From: an uncultured Gemmatimonadales bacterium
GTDB taxonomy: Bacteria; Gemmatimonadota; Gemmatimonadetes; Gemmatimonadales; GWC2-71-9
Reading direction: 5' to 3'
DNA: 64,000 nt
NCBI GenBank assembly: GCA_963779755.1
Contig: CAVZZO010000001.1
Span: 1,632,001-1,696,000 of the forward strand
Positions 9,883 through 19,638 of this stretch are shown in pieces. The notes beneath the pieces are model-generated. The model ran no database searches. It saw only the letters and a program-made list of their open reading frames with translations, and was not told where the DNA came from. The translations under genes and the position numbers were made by a program. Numbering within the stretch: the first letter of the stretch is position 1; each line of letters opens with the position of its first letter.

Positions 9883-10884
9883 ATGAAAACTCTCGCCGTG
9901 CTGTCCCTCGGTATGCTCGTCGCCGCGCCGGCGCGGGCTCAGCAGCCCTCTTACCGTGTTGCCCGCACCGTCGCCCTCGGCGGCGAGGCGCGCTGGGACT
10001 ACCTCACCGCCGATCCCGGGCGCCACCGGGTGTTCGTCTCCCACGGCACCGAGGTGATCGTGGTCGGCGCCGATACCGGCGAGGTGCAGGGGCGGATCGC
10101 CGACACGCCGGGGGTGCACGGGGTTGCCCTGGCGCCGGCGCTGGGCCGCGGCTTCACCAGCAATGGGCGCGACTCCAGCGTGACCATCTTCGACTACGGC
10201 TCGCTGGCGCCGCTGCAGCGCGTGACCGTTACCGGCCGCAATCCGGACGCCATCGTCTATGACCCGGTTTCGGGGAGGGTCTTCACCATGAACGGCGGCA
10301 GCGGCAACGCCACCGCCCTCGATGCGGCCACGGGCAAGGTGGTGGGGACGGTGCAGCTCGGCGGCAAGCCCGAGTTCGCGGTGGCCGACGGCCGGGGCCG
10401 GATCTTCGTGAACCTGGAAGACCGTGGCGCCCTGGTCTCCTTCGATACCCGCACCCTCGAGCCGGGGCCGACCTGGCCCCTCGGCAGCTGCGAGGAGCCG
10501 ACCGGCCTGGCGCTGGATCCGCGCCGCCGCCGGCTCTTCAGCGTCTGCGGGAACCGCATCATGGTCGTGGTGGACGCCGATAGCGGCACCGTGCTGGGCA
10601 CGGCCCCGATCGGGGCCGGCTCCGACGGGGCCCGCTTCGATTCCGGGACCGATCTCGCCATCAGCAGCAATGGAGAAGGCAGCCTCACGCTGGTCGACGG
10701 CCGCGGGCCCGATTTCTCCGTAGTGCAGACCGTGACCACCGCGCGCGGCGCCCGCACCCTGGCGCTGGACCAGGCCACACACGTCATCTACACCGCCACC
10801 GCGCAATACCCCGCCGCCGACAACACCGGCGGCCACCCCCGCCCGCTGCCGGGGACCTTCTCGCTGCTGATCGTGCGGCCTTAG
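9883..10884 (+). CDS. Secreted YncE/YVTN-like beta-propeller protein
   Basis: Signal peptide ARA/Q, WDYLTADP, GVHGVALAP, repeated blade motifs. Confidence 0.85.
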   Translation: MKTLAVLSLGMLVAAPARAQQPSYRVARTVALGGEARWDYLTADPGRHRVFVSHGTEVIVVGADTGEVQGRIADTPGVHGVALAPALGRGFTSNGRDSSVTIFDYGSLAPLQRVTVTGRNPDAIVYDPVSGRVFTMNGGSGNATALDAATGKVVGTVQLGGKPEFAVADGRGRIFVNLEDRGALVSFDTRTLEPGPTWPLGSCEEPTGLALDPRRRRLFSVCGNRIMVVVDADSGTVLGTAPIGAGSDGARFDSGTDLAISSNGEGSLTLVDGRGPDFSVVQTVTTARGARTLALDQATHVIYTATAQYPAADNTGGHPRPLPGTFSLLIVRP

Positions 10885-10971
10885 CCGGGGGGATCTGCGT
10901 CCGGCGCTGCGGCAACCTTTGTCCGCCGTGGACCGTCCAAGAGGAAGCCCTTCCTTGCAGAGGAGTTCCTC

Positions 10972-12417
10972 ATGCCACGTCGGCTCGTGCTCAGCCTGCT
11001 GGTGCTCGCTCTCATTCCGGCAGCGCTTCCGGCGCAGTCCTCCCGCGATACCGCCGCCGCCATCGCCCGGCTGCACCAGTTGATCCTCCAGCACGGGGCC
11101 GAAATCGGTCCGGCGGTCTGGTCGGGCTTCCGCCCCGATACCATCCCGACGTTGTACGTGATTCCGCAGCGCGCCAAGCTGCTGCTGCCCTGGACCGACG
11201 CGCTGCCGGACGGTCTTCAGCCGCTGCCGGGCTGGACCAACGCGGGGTGGACGGATACGCAATCGGTCTCCTTCCCGCCGGGTCGTATCGCCTTTCTCTC
11301 CGTCGCTCCGGGCGCCACGCCGGGGGAGATTCTGGGGCTGGCGCTGCATGAGGAGTTTCACCGTTTCGAGCGCAGCGTGGAGCAGGAGGGCAAGCGGTTC
11401 GGCGGCGGCGAAAACTCGCTGCTCACCGCTTCCTATCCCGTGTTCGACACCACCAACGAAGCGCTCTTCGCCCTGGAGGGCCGGCTGCTCCACGATGCGG
11501 TCCGCGCTTCCTCGCCCGATGCCGCGCGGCGGCTGGCCCGGAGCTTTCTCGATATCCGGGCTGAGCGCCGGGCCCGGCTGGATACCAGCCTGGTCGACTA
11601 CGAGGACATGAGCGAGATGAACGAAGGCCTGGCCCAGTATGCGCTCCTGCGGGGTCTCACCAGCCTCGGCCGTCAGGCGGGCGGGCCCTGGCCGGCGGCG
11701 GCCCGGCGGGAGATCGACCGCGAGACCGATCTGCTCGATAGTCTCCTTGCCCTGGGCCCCCGCTCGATACGGCGGCGCTTCTATGCTACCGGCTCCGCCA
11801 TCGCGCTCTGGCTCGATGCCCATGGGCCCCCGGCCTGGAAGGACCGGTTGGTGCGGGAGAACCTTACCCTGACCGAGGCTCTGGGCCGCGCGCTGGCCTC
11901 CGGGCGGGCGCGGCCGCTGGCGGCCGATTCGCTGGCTGCGCTTCGCCGTGTCGCGGCCGCCGCCGCCGCCCCGGCGGTACGGGCGCTGCGCGCCCGGCGG
12001 CAGGCGCAGGCGGACAGCCTCCGCGCCCGGCCCGGTCTGCCCCTGACGCTCGACCCCGGTTCGCAACCCGGCAACAGCTTCCAGTGGTGCGGCTTCGATC
12101 CGCAGAATCTGTTGCAGGCTCCCGGCGGCAAGCTGCTGCACATGCGCTTTCTCCGGGTGTGCAACGGGCCGGGCTTCGCGGCGCAGTTCGAGAGCGGTGT
12201 CGTCCAGGACGGGTTCGGCGGCGCCATCCATGCCGTGATCGGCGACAGCACCGCGCTCACCCTGAGCGCGGAGGGCCAGCCGGCCCCGCTGCCGGCCGAA
12301 GGCGCCTCGGCCCGGTTGAAGGACGTGAAGATCGCGAGCCCGGAGTTCTCCCTGGAGGCGCCCAGGGCGATGCTGTCACGGACCGGCGAGGAATTGGTGG
12401 TGGTACCCGGTCGGTGA
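10972..12417 (+). CDS. Secreted protein, putative zincin metallopeptidase
   Basis: Signal peptide; LALHEEFH (HExxH) and downstream NEGLAQY. Confidence 0.6.
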   Translation: MPRRLVLSLLVLALIPAALPAQSSRDTAAAIARLHQLILQHGAEIGPAVWSGFRPDTIPTLYVIPQRAKLLLPWTDALPDGLQPLPGWTNAGWTDTQSVSFPPGRIAFLSVAPGATPGEILGLALHEEFHRFERSVEQEGKRFGGGENSLLTASYPVFDTTNEALFALEGRLLHDAVRASSPDAARRLARSFLDIRAERRARLDTSLVDYEDMSEMNEGLAQYALLRGLTSLGRQAGGPWPAAARREIDRETDLLDSLLALGPRSIRRRFYATGSAIALWLDAHGPPAWKDRLVRENLTLTEALGRALASGRARPLAADSLAALRRVAAAAAAPAVRALRARRQAQADSLRARPGLPLTLDPGSQPGNSFQWCGFDPQNLLQAPGGKLLHMRFLRVCNGPGFAAQFESGVVQDGFGGAIHAVIGDSTALTLSAEGQPAPLPAEGASARLKDVKIASPEFSLEAPRAMLSRTGEELVVVPGR

Positions 12418-12419
12418 GG

Positions 12420-12540
12420 GGCAAACGGGAAGCGGGAACCGGGAAACGGGAAACGTACCGGCTGCTCCTCTCCGCCTTGCCTTTTCCCCTTTCCCTGTTC
12501 CCCTCTCCCTTCTCCCTTCTCCCTTCTCCCTTCTCCCTGT
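12420..12540. repeat. Heptamer repeat tract: GGGAAAC-like units followed by (TTCTCCC)n
   Basis: Purine-rich units then pyrimidine-rich TTCTCCC units, read directly from the sequence. Confidence 0.85.
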
Positions 12541-12567
12541 GTCCCGGCCGTTTAGGTTGGGGGGGGC

Positions 12568-13821
12568 ATGCGAACCTTTCGCCTCATCTTCCTCGGCGTA
12601 TTCATCGCCACCGCGCTCCTGGTCGCCGCGTTCCTGGTAAACGCGCGCCGGCCCGCGGTCGAAGTCCAGCGCGCCACCCCGGAACAGGTCACCGCCACCG
12701 GCAAGTGCGCCGGTTGCCATCGCGAGGAAACCGGCGCCATCGTGGTGGAGTTCGAGCGAAGCCGGCACGCGGCCACCGGAACCAACTGCCTCGACTGTCA
12801 CGGACCCCAGCAGGGCCAGGAAACCTACGAGCACCGCGGCTTTACGCTGGCGCGGCAGGTCACGGCGAAGAACTGTGCCTCCTGCCATCGCGAGGAGTAC
12901 CGGGAATTCCTGCGCAGCCGCCACGCCGCGCCGGCCTACGCGGCGGTGCTGGGCTCCACCCCCTTCAGTGAGCCGCAGATCGCAGCCGCCGAGGAGTACA
13001 ACCCCGGCGGGGTGCGGCGCCCGCCCAATGTGCTGGTGGCCATGGAAGGGAGCGCGGCGGTGCGGGCCGGCTGCCTTACCTGCCACTCGGTGGGCAGGCC
13101 CAATGCCGACGGGTCGATCGGCACCTGCACCGCCTGCCACGCCCGCCACATGACCTCGGTGGCGCTGGCCCGGCAGCCACGAACCTGCGGCCAGTGCCAC
13201 ATGGGCCCCGACCACAGCCAGCTCGAGATCTACGAGGAGTCGAAACACGGCGTCTTGTTCGAGGCGCAGCGGGAACACATGCGCCTCGACGCCGACCCCA
13301 AACATCTCACCCCGGACGATATGCCGGTGCCTACCTGCGCCACCTGTCACATGAGCGGGATGGGCGGCGCCGGCATGACACACGATGTGGGGCGCCGGTT
13401 GTCCTGGTATCTCTTCGCGGCGGTGTCGGAGCGACGGCCCACCTACCGCGAGGGCCGCGACCAGATGACCCGCATCTGCCTCACCTGTCATACCGAGCCG
13501 CAGGTGAAACAGGTCTTCGCCGCCGCCGAGTCGGTGGTGGTCGCCACCAACGCGCGCGTGCGCGAAGCGGGCGGCATCATGGATTCGCTGCGGGCGGCGG
13601 GCCTGCTCACTCCGGCCCCGATGGACCAGCCCATCGAGTTCACCTATTTCGACTACTGGCATTATTACGGGCGCACCGCCAAGCACGGCGCCTTCATGGG
13701 CGGCGCCGACTACGTCCAGTGGCACGGGAACTACGAGCTGACCCGCGGGCTGGTGGAGTTACGGGCGCAGGCCGCGGAGCTGCGCGACCGCGGCATGCAG
13801 GGTCGTGCGTCGCCCCGATAA
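12568..13821 (+). CDS. Octaheme cytochrome c, hydroxylamine oxidoreductase (HAO)-like family, N-terminal membrane anchor/signal
   Basis: 8 CxxCH motifs (CAGCH, CLDCH, CASCH, CLTCH, CTACH, CGQCH, CATCH, CLTCH); CGQCHMGPDHSQLEIYEESKHG signature. Confidence 0.85.
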   Translation: MRTFRLIFLGVFIATALLVAAFLVNARRPAVEVQRATPEQVTATGKCAGCHREETGAIVVEFERSRHAATGTNCLDCHGPQQGQETYEHRGFTLARQVTAKNCASCHREEYREFLRSRHAAPAYAAVLGSTPFSEPQIAAAEEYNPGGVRRPPNVLVAMEGSAAVRAGCLTCHSVGRPNADGSIGTCTACHARHMTSVALARQPRTCGQCHMGPDHSQLEIYEESKHGVLFEAQREHMRLDADPKHLTPDDMPVPTCATCHMSGMGGAGMTHDVGRRLSWYLFAAVSERRPTYREGRDQMTRICLTCHTEPQVKQVFAAAESVVVATNARVREAGGIMDSLRAAGLLTPAPMDQPIEFTYFDYWHYYGRTAKHGAFMGGADYVQWHGNYELTRGLVELRAQAAELRDRGMQGRASPR

Positions 13822-14608
13822 CGCGCTCCTGCTCGAGCTCTTCGCGACCGCGAACCTCGCCTTTCTTGCGCTGGATGTGGCGCTGGCGCACGAGGTGAAC
13901 CAGTTCCGGAACGGAGCCGAGTGGATCCCGGTAGTGGTGGCCGGGGCCGCGGCCCTGGCTCTCGCCGTCAACCTGCTGGCCCGGCGGCCCTTCGATCGTG
14001 GCGCGGGGCGATGGGTGGGCTGGCTTGCCGGGGGGGCGGTCATCGTGGTAGGAGTGGCCGGGCTGCTATGGCATCTGGAAAGCCACTTCTTCCAGGAGCG
14101 CACCCTGCGGAGCCTGGTCTACTCGGCCCCCTTTGTGGCGCCGCTCGCCTTTACCGGGGTCGGCTTCCTCCTCCTCCTCAACCGGCTGGTCCCCCCCGAC
14201 GCCCCCGCCTGGAGTCGCTGGGTCCTGGTGCTGGCCTGGGGGGGCTTTCTGGGTGACTTCCTGCTCGCCCTGGTGGATCACGCGCAGAACGGGTTCTTCT
14301 ATTCAGTCGAGTGGGTGGCCGTCGGCGCCGGGGCCCTGGCCGTGGGATACTTCCTGGTCCTGCTGCTGGCGCGCCCCACCCCCGGGTTGGTCCGGGGCGG
14401 CTTCGTCGTGCTCGCGATCCAGGTGCTGACCGGGGTGGCCGGATGGATCCTGCATGTCTGGCCGCTGCTCAGCGGGGGCGGAATGCTGCGTTACCGCGTG
14501 CTCTACGGGCCGCCGGTGTTCGCCCCGCTCCTGTTCGCGAATCTGGCGGTGCTGGGAGCGATCGGCCTGATGGGGAAGGGAGAACGGGGAATAGGGAACG
14601 GGGAATAG
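13805..14608 (+). CDS. Polytopic membrane protein, probable partner of the octaheme cytochrome
   Basis: About 8 hydrophobic helices, internal duplication (YSAPFVAPLAF / YGPPVFAPLLF), overlaps the upstream stop. Confidence 0.75.
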   Translation: MRRPDNALLLELFATANLAFLALDVALAHEVNQFRNGAEWIPVVVAGAAALALAVNLLARRPFDRGAGRWVGWLAGGAVIVVGVAGLLWHLESHFFQERTLRSLVYSAPFVAPLAFTGVGFLLLLNRLVPPDAPAWSRWVLVLAWGGFLGDFLLALVDHAQNGFFYSVEWVAVGAGALAVGYFLVLLLARPTPGLVRGGFVVLAIQVLTGVAGWILHVWPLLSGGGMLRYRVLYGPPVFAPLLFANLAVLGAIGLMGKGERGIGNGE

Positions 14609-14701
14609 GGAACGGGGAATAGGGAACGGGGAATAGGAAACGGGGAATAGGAAACGGGGAATAGGAAACGGGGAATAGGAAACGGGGAATAGGGAACGGG
14701 G
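14583..14701 (+). repeat. Tandem repeat, about 8.5 copies of AACGGGGAATAGG(G/A)
   Basis: 14-bp unit with no spacers; roughly complementary pyrimidine tract follows at ~14718-14750. Confidence 0.95.
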
Positions 14702-14751
14702 CGTCGGATGGCACGTCCGCTTTCCCGTTTCCCCTTTCCCGCTTCCCGCTG

Positions 14752-15180
14752 TTACGGCGTCGCCGCGCTCGTCGCCACCCCGCCCGCCTTGCTCGCGATC
14801 TGTTGCAGGATCTGTTTCGCCAGGTCCTTGTCCCAGGTCACGTCGGACTTCTTGGCGACCACCTCCACATGCGTCCCCGATCCCTGCTCTTTGAGGTTCA
14901 CCTCGATATCGCGGTCGCTGGTGGTGCCGTCCAGCTCGCGGCTCTCGATGTTGTCTTCCGTCTGGGTGGTCGTCTTCGTCTGGGTAATCCCCATGTCCTG
15001 GAACGTCTGCTGGGCGGCGGTGTAGGCATTGGTAACCGGCGCATTGATCTGCGCCTCGGCGCCGCGGTCGGAATAGTAGATGCCGGCGCCGGCGCCGGCG
15101 GCCGCGGCGGCCGCGACGCAGCCGCCGCTCGCCAGAGTAAGCAGAAGCACCCAGGGTGCCTGCAATCGTGAGCGTCGCAT
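14752..15180 (-). CDS. DUF3568-like lipoprotein
   Basis: Lipobox SGGC followed by VAAAAAAGAGAGIYY. Confidence 0.7.
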   Translation of the reverse strand: MRRSRLQAPWVLLLTLASGGCVAAAAAAGAGAGIYYSDRGAEAQINAPVTNAYTAAQQTFQDMGITQTKTTTQTEDNIESRELDGTTSDRDIEVNLKEQGSGTHVEVVAKKSDVTWDKDLAKQILQQIASKAGGVATSAATP

Positions 15181-15404
15181 GATGAGCTCTCCTCGAGAAA
15201 GTGGTCTCCGAGGATGAACAATGGTCTCCGGGGCGCACGCCGGATGCGGCGACCGTCACGAGTCCGGCGTGACCGGGGCTGCACGCCTGGAGTTGACCTC
15301 AGCCCAACTGGGCGCATCTTCCCGAATACGAACCGAGTAGGCGCATAGATGGACTCCACCCCAACGGCCGGCCCGCTGCCCACCCGTGTGACAGGAGCCT
15401 TCCC

Positions 15405-16958
15405 ATGAGCGAAGCACCTCCCTCCGGTCCCGATCTGGCGCGGGGCGTCGCCGCGGCCGACGTCGCGGACGGCGGCATGCTGGCCGGACACTTTGCGGGC
15501 GAGGCGGTGCTGCTCGCGCGCCGGGGAGAAGAGTGGTTCGCCGTCGGCGCCACCTGCACCCACTACGGGGGGCCGTTGGCCGAGGGCCTGATGGTGGGAG
15601 ACACGGTGCGCTGCCCCTGGCACCATGCCTGTTTCAGTCTCCGTACCGGCGCCATGCTCCGCGCGCCCGCGCTGGACGATCTGGCGCGCTATCGGGTCGA
15701 ACGGCGCGACGGAATCGTCCGGGTGACCGGGCGGGAGGAGGCCGCGCCGCCGGCGCCCCCGCTTCCTCCGGACCCGCCCCGGTCTGTCGTGATCGTCGGC
15801 GCCGGAGCGGCGGGAATCGCCGCCGCCGACGGGCTGCGACGGCTGGGCTACGGCGGGCCCGTGACTCTGGTGGATTCCGACCCCGACGCGCCCTGCGACC
15901 GTCCCAACCTCTCCAAGGACTACCTGGCCGGGAATGCACCGGAGGAGTGGATCACTCTGCGGGGCCCCGACTGGTTCGCGGATCGGGACATCGTCCTGCG
16001 CCGGGCTCGAGCTACCGGGCTGGAGCCGGAGGCCCACCGGTTGTGGCTGGACGATGGCCGCGCCCTGGAGTACGGGCGGCTGCTTCTCGCCACCGGGGCG
16101 GCGCCCCGGCGGCTGACCGTGCCGGTATCACCGGAAGCGCCGCTCTACTACCTGAGAACCGTGGCGGACGCCCGGGCATTGATCAGCCGGGCTGGCGAAA
16201 CCGGCCAGGCGGTCGTGGTCGGTGGGGGGTTCATCGGTCTGGAGACCGCCGCTTCACTCCGCGCCCGGGGGCTGGAGGTCGATCTGGTGACTCCAGAGGC
16301 CCGGCCGCTGGAGCGGGTGATGGGCCCCGGGCTCGCCGGGTTGATCGGGCAGGTGCACCAGGAGCACGGGGTGCGGTTCCATCCCGGCCGCTCGATCGCC
16401 GGCATCGAGCCGGACGGGGTGCTGCTGGACGACGGAACCCGGCTGCCCGCCGGGCTGATCGTGGCCGGTATCGGCGTGCTTCCCGAAACCAGCCTGGCCG
16501 CGGCGGCAGGGCTGGCCACGGAGAACGGCATCCTGGTGGACGGGCATCTCGCCACCAGCACCCCTGATGTCTTTGCGGCAGGCGATGTCGCCCGGTGGCC
16601 CGCCGGAAACGCCGGCGAGCGGGTCCGCATCGAGCACTGGGTGGTGGCCGAACGGCAGGGGCAGTGCGCCGCCCGCAACCTGCTGGGCCTGCGGGAGCGC
16701 TTTGCCGCGGCCCCCTTCTTCTGGAGTCAGCACTACGACCTGCAGATCTCCTATGTGGGGCACGCCCCCCACTGGGACGAGATCATTACGGAAGGACGCC
16801 TGGAAGAGCGGGACGCCATGGTCCGATTCCGGCAGGGCGGCCGCGACGCGGCGGTGGCCACCGTATTCCGCGACCGGGCCAGCCTGGAGGCGGAGCTACG
16901 GCTGGAGGGGGCCGGCCCGGCGGAAGCAGACGAGGGGGAGGGACGCCGTCCGGTCTAG
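15405..16958 (+). CDS. Rieske [2Fe-2S] / FAD-dependent ferredoxin reductase fusion (AIF-like)
   Basis: CTHYGG...CPWH Rieske motifs; GAGAAG, GGGFIG, FAAGD, PFFWS. Confidence 0.92.
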   Translation: MSEAPPSGPDLARGVAAADVADGGMLAGHFAGEAVLLARRGEEWFAVGATCTHYGGPLAEGLMVGDTVRCPWHHACFSLRTGAMLRAPALDDLARYRVERRDGIVRVTGREEAAPPAPPLPPDPPRSVVIVGAGAAGIAAADGLRRLGYGGPVTLVDSDPDAPCDRPNLSKDYLAGNAPEEWITLRGPDWFADRDIVLRRARATGLEPEAHRLWLDDGRALEYGRLLLATGAAPRRLTVPVSPEAPLYYLRTVADARALISRAGETGQAVVVGGGFIGLETAASLRARGLEVDLVTPEARPLERVMGPGLAGLIGQVHQEHGVRFHPGRSIAGIEPDGVLLDDGTRLPAGLIVAGIGVLPETSLAAAAGLATENGILVDGHLATSTPDVFAAGDVARWPAGNAGERVRIEHWVVAERQGQCAARNLLGLRERFAAAPFFWSQHYDLQISYVGHAPHWDEIITEGRLEERDAMVRFRQGGRDAAVATVFRDRASLEAELRLEGAGPAEADEGEGRRPV

Positions 16959-17012
16959 CGTCTTGCGCCTCACCAGTTTGCCGCCACTCCTTTAGATTGC
17001 AGCAGTCCCCTG

Positions 17013-19523
17013 ATGCCCGACACCTTCGCGACCCTGCAAGAGGCCCTCGCCGGCCGATACCTGATCGAGCGTGAGCTCGGCCAGGGTGGCATGGCCACGG
17101 TCTACCTGGCGCAGGATACCAAGCACGAGCGCCAGGTCGCGGTGAAGGTCCTCCATCCCGACCTGGCCGCCAGCCTCGGCGGCGAGCGCTTCCTGCGGGA
17201 AATCCGGGTCGCCGCCTCCCTGCAGCATCCCCACATTCTGGCCCTCTACGATTCGGGCGAAGCCGACGGGCTGCTCTACTATGTCATGCCCTTCGTGGAA
17301 GGGGAGTCGCTGCGCGATCGGATGAATCGGGAGCACGAGCTCCCCATCCCCGACGCCGTCCAGCTCACGCGGGAAGTAGCCGACGCCCTGGCCTACGCCC
17401 ACAGCCGGGGCATCATTCACCGGGACATCAAGCCGGAGAACATCATGCTCTCCGGCGGCCACGCCATGGTGGCGGACTTCGGCATTGCCCGCGCGGTCAC
17501 CCAGGCGGGTGAAGAGAAGCTCACCCAGACCGGCATGGCCATCGGGACGCCCGCCTACATGAGCCCCGAGCAGGCGGGCGGTGAGGAAGCCCTCGACGGC
17601 CGGGCCGACATCTACTCGCTCGGCTGCGTGCTCTACGAGATGATCTGCGGGACGCCGCCCTTCGTGGGGCCCTCCGCCATGGCCATCCTGGCGCGGCACT
17701 CGATGGAAGCGGTGCCCCGGCCGCATATCGTGCGGCAGAGTATTCCGGCCGAGCTCGAGGACATCATCCTCAAGGCGCTGGAAAAGATCCCGGCGGACCG
17801 CTACGCCACCGCCAGCCATTTCTCCCACGCTCTGGGCTTGCCCGATACCATGTCGGGGCCGCGCCGCGCCAGGGGGGGCACCCAGCCGGTCCGCGCCCGG
17901 GGCACCCGCCTGCCGCGCTGGATCTGGAGTCTGACGCTGATTCCGCTGGCGCTGCTCGCCTGGCTGGGATGGAGGGCCTGGAACAGCCGCGCCGGAGGGA
18001 GCCGGGCGGCGGGCGGTCCCGATCCGCGCCATATCGCGGTGCTGTACTTCGACGATGTCTCCCGGGGAGACTCGCTGCAGCATCTGGCCGACGGCTTTAC
18101 CGAGGCGCTGATCCACGAGCTGAGCCAGGTCAAGGATCTCCAGGTCATCTCCCGCAACGGCGTCCTCCCCTACCGCCACACCGCCGTGCCACCCGACAGC
18201 ATCGCGCGCGCGCTGGATGTGGGGAGCCTGGTGCAGGGCACCGTGGCCCAGTCGGGTAACCGGCTGCGAGTGACGGTGTCGCTGGTGAATGCCGCCACCG
18301 GCCGCGAAATCTCCAGCAGGACCATCGAGCGCCCGCGGGGCGACATCTTCGCCGTGCAGGACGCCCTGGCGCAGGAGGTCAGCCTCTTCCTTCGCAAGCA
18401 GCTGGGCGAGGAGATCGAGGTGCGGGAGAGCCGGGCCGGCACCCGCAATGCCGAAGCGTGGGAAACGGAACAGCGGGCCACCGAAGCGGTGGTTGAGGGA
18501 GAACAGCTCTTCGCCGGCGGCGATACGGCGGCGGCGGCGCGGGCCATGCGACGGGCCGACTCGCTCTACGGGCGGGCCGAATCGCTCGACAGCCGCTGGG
18601 CCGCGCCGGTGGTCGCCCGCGGCCAGCTGGCGTGGCGCCGCGCCCGCATGGCGCCCAACTTCGACCGTACCTCCATGCCGCAGTGGCTGGAGATCGCGCA
18701 GGACGATGCCGACCGCGCGCTGCAGCGGCATCCGCAGGATGCCGACGCGCTCGAGTTGCGGGGAACGGTGCGCTACTTCCGCTGGCTGGTGAATCTGGAG
18801 CCGGACCGTGCCCGGGCGGCCGCGTTGCACGACAGCGCCGAAGCCGATCTGCGCGCCGCCGTCGACGCCAACCCCGACCAGGCCCAGGCCTGGAGCACCC
18901 TCAGTCACCTGCTGCTCAACGAATCGCAGAACGCCGAGGCCAAACTCGCTGCCGAGAACGCCTATCGGGCCGATCCCTATCTTACCAGCGCCAACCTGAT
19001 TCTCTGGAGGTTGTTCCAGACGTCCTACGACCTGGGCGACCCGGTCGAATCCCGCCACTGGTGCGAGGAAGGGCAACGCCGGTTCCCCGGCGACGCCCGA
19101 TTCGTCGAATGCCGGCTCTGGCTCTATTCGCTCCAGGGCGCCACCCCCGACATCGGCGCCGCCTGGCGTCTGCTGGGCCAGTACGACTCCCTGACCCCGG
19201 CATCCCAGCGCGACCTGGCCCACCGCCGGGGCGAGATGCTGGTAGCTCTGGCGCTGGCCGCCGCCGGGCGCGCGGACAGCGCCCGCAGCGTGGCCCTCCG
19301 TGCCCGGGCCGACGCCTCCCTCGACCCGACCCGTGACCTCACGCTCTACGAAGCGATCGTCCGGACCCGCCTGGGAGAACTGGACGAGGCGATGCGCCTG
19401 CTCAGCACCTACCTGGCCGCCAACCCCCAGTTCCGGGCCTCGCTGGCCCAGGACGAGTCCTGGTATTTCCGTGATCTACGCGCCGATCCCCGCTATCGCT
19501 CGCTGGTCGGTTCGGTACGCTGA
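17013..19523 (+). CDS. Ser/Thr protein kinase with TM segment, TolB_N-like and TPR regions
   Basis: GQGGMATVY, VAVK, HRDIKPEN, DFGIA, GTPAYMSPE; IAVLYFDD domain. Confidence 0.93.
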   Translation: MPDTFATLQEALAGRYLIERELGQGGMATVYLAQDTKHERQVAVKVLHPDLAASLGGERFLREIRVAASLQHPHILALYDSGEADGLLYYVMPFVEGESLRDRMNREHELPIPDAVQLTREVADALAYAHSRGIIHRDIKPENIMLSGGHAMVADFGIARAVTQAGEEKLTQTGMAIGTPAYMSPEQAGGEEALDGRADIYSLGCVLYEMICGTPPFVGPSAMAILARHSMEAVPRPHIVRQSIPAELEDIILKALEKIPADRYATASHFSHALGLPDTMSGPRRARGGTQPVRARGTRLPRWIWSLTLIPLALLAWLGWRAWNSRAGGSRAAGGPDPRHIAVLYFDDVSRGDSLQHLADGFTEALIHELSQVKDLQVISRNGVLPYRHTAVPPDSIARALDVGSLVQGTVAQSGNRLRVTVSLVNAATGREISSRTIERPRGDIFAVQDALAQEVSLFLRKQLGEEIEVRESRAGTRNAEAWETEQRATEAVVEGEQLFAGGDTAAAARAMRRADSLYGRAESLDSRWAAPVVARGQLAWRRARMAPNFDRTSMPQWLEIAQDDADRALQRHPQDADALELRGTVRYFRWLVNLEPDRARAAALHDSAEADLRAAVDANPDQAQAWSTLSHLLLNESQNAEAKLAAENAYRADPYLTSANLILWRLFQTSYDLGDPVESRHWCEEGQRRFPGDARFVECRLWLYSLQGATPDIGAAWRLLGQYDSLTPASQRDLAHRRGEMLVALALAAAGRADSARSVALRARADASLDPTRDLTLYEAIVRTRLGELDEAMRLLSTYLAANPQFRASLAQDESWYFRDLRADPRYRSLVGSVR

Positions 19524-19638
19524 TACTGGCCCCAGGTTCCGGTCCCGCCTCGGCGCGTATCTTGCATCTTCCCGGCGATCGCCAATGTCGCCGGCCCCGT
19601 ACGGCCTGGATCCCCTGAATCGGAAGAAGGCTACTGCG

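Noticed and set aside
8413..12231. 1272-aa minus-strand ORF and other long antisense ORFs (e.g. 16992-19223, 37873-40101, 46871-48829, 48663-50693, 54244-56010)
   Set aside because: Shadow ORFs opposite well-supported genes, expected at high GC; no recognisable motifs
12568..13821. Evidence for ammonia oxidation (haoA)
   Set aside because: No amo or cycAB genes nearby and the cross-link Tyr appears absent
14583..14701. CRISPR array
   Set aside because: 14-bp head-to-tail units with no unique spacers and no cas genes in the window
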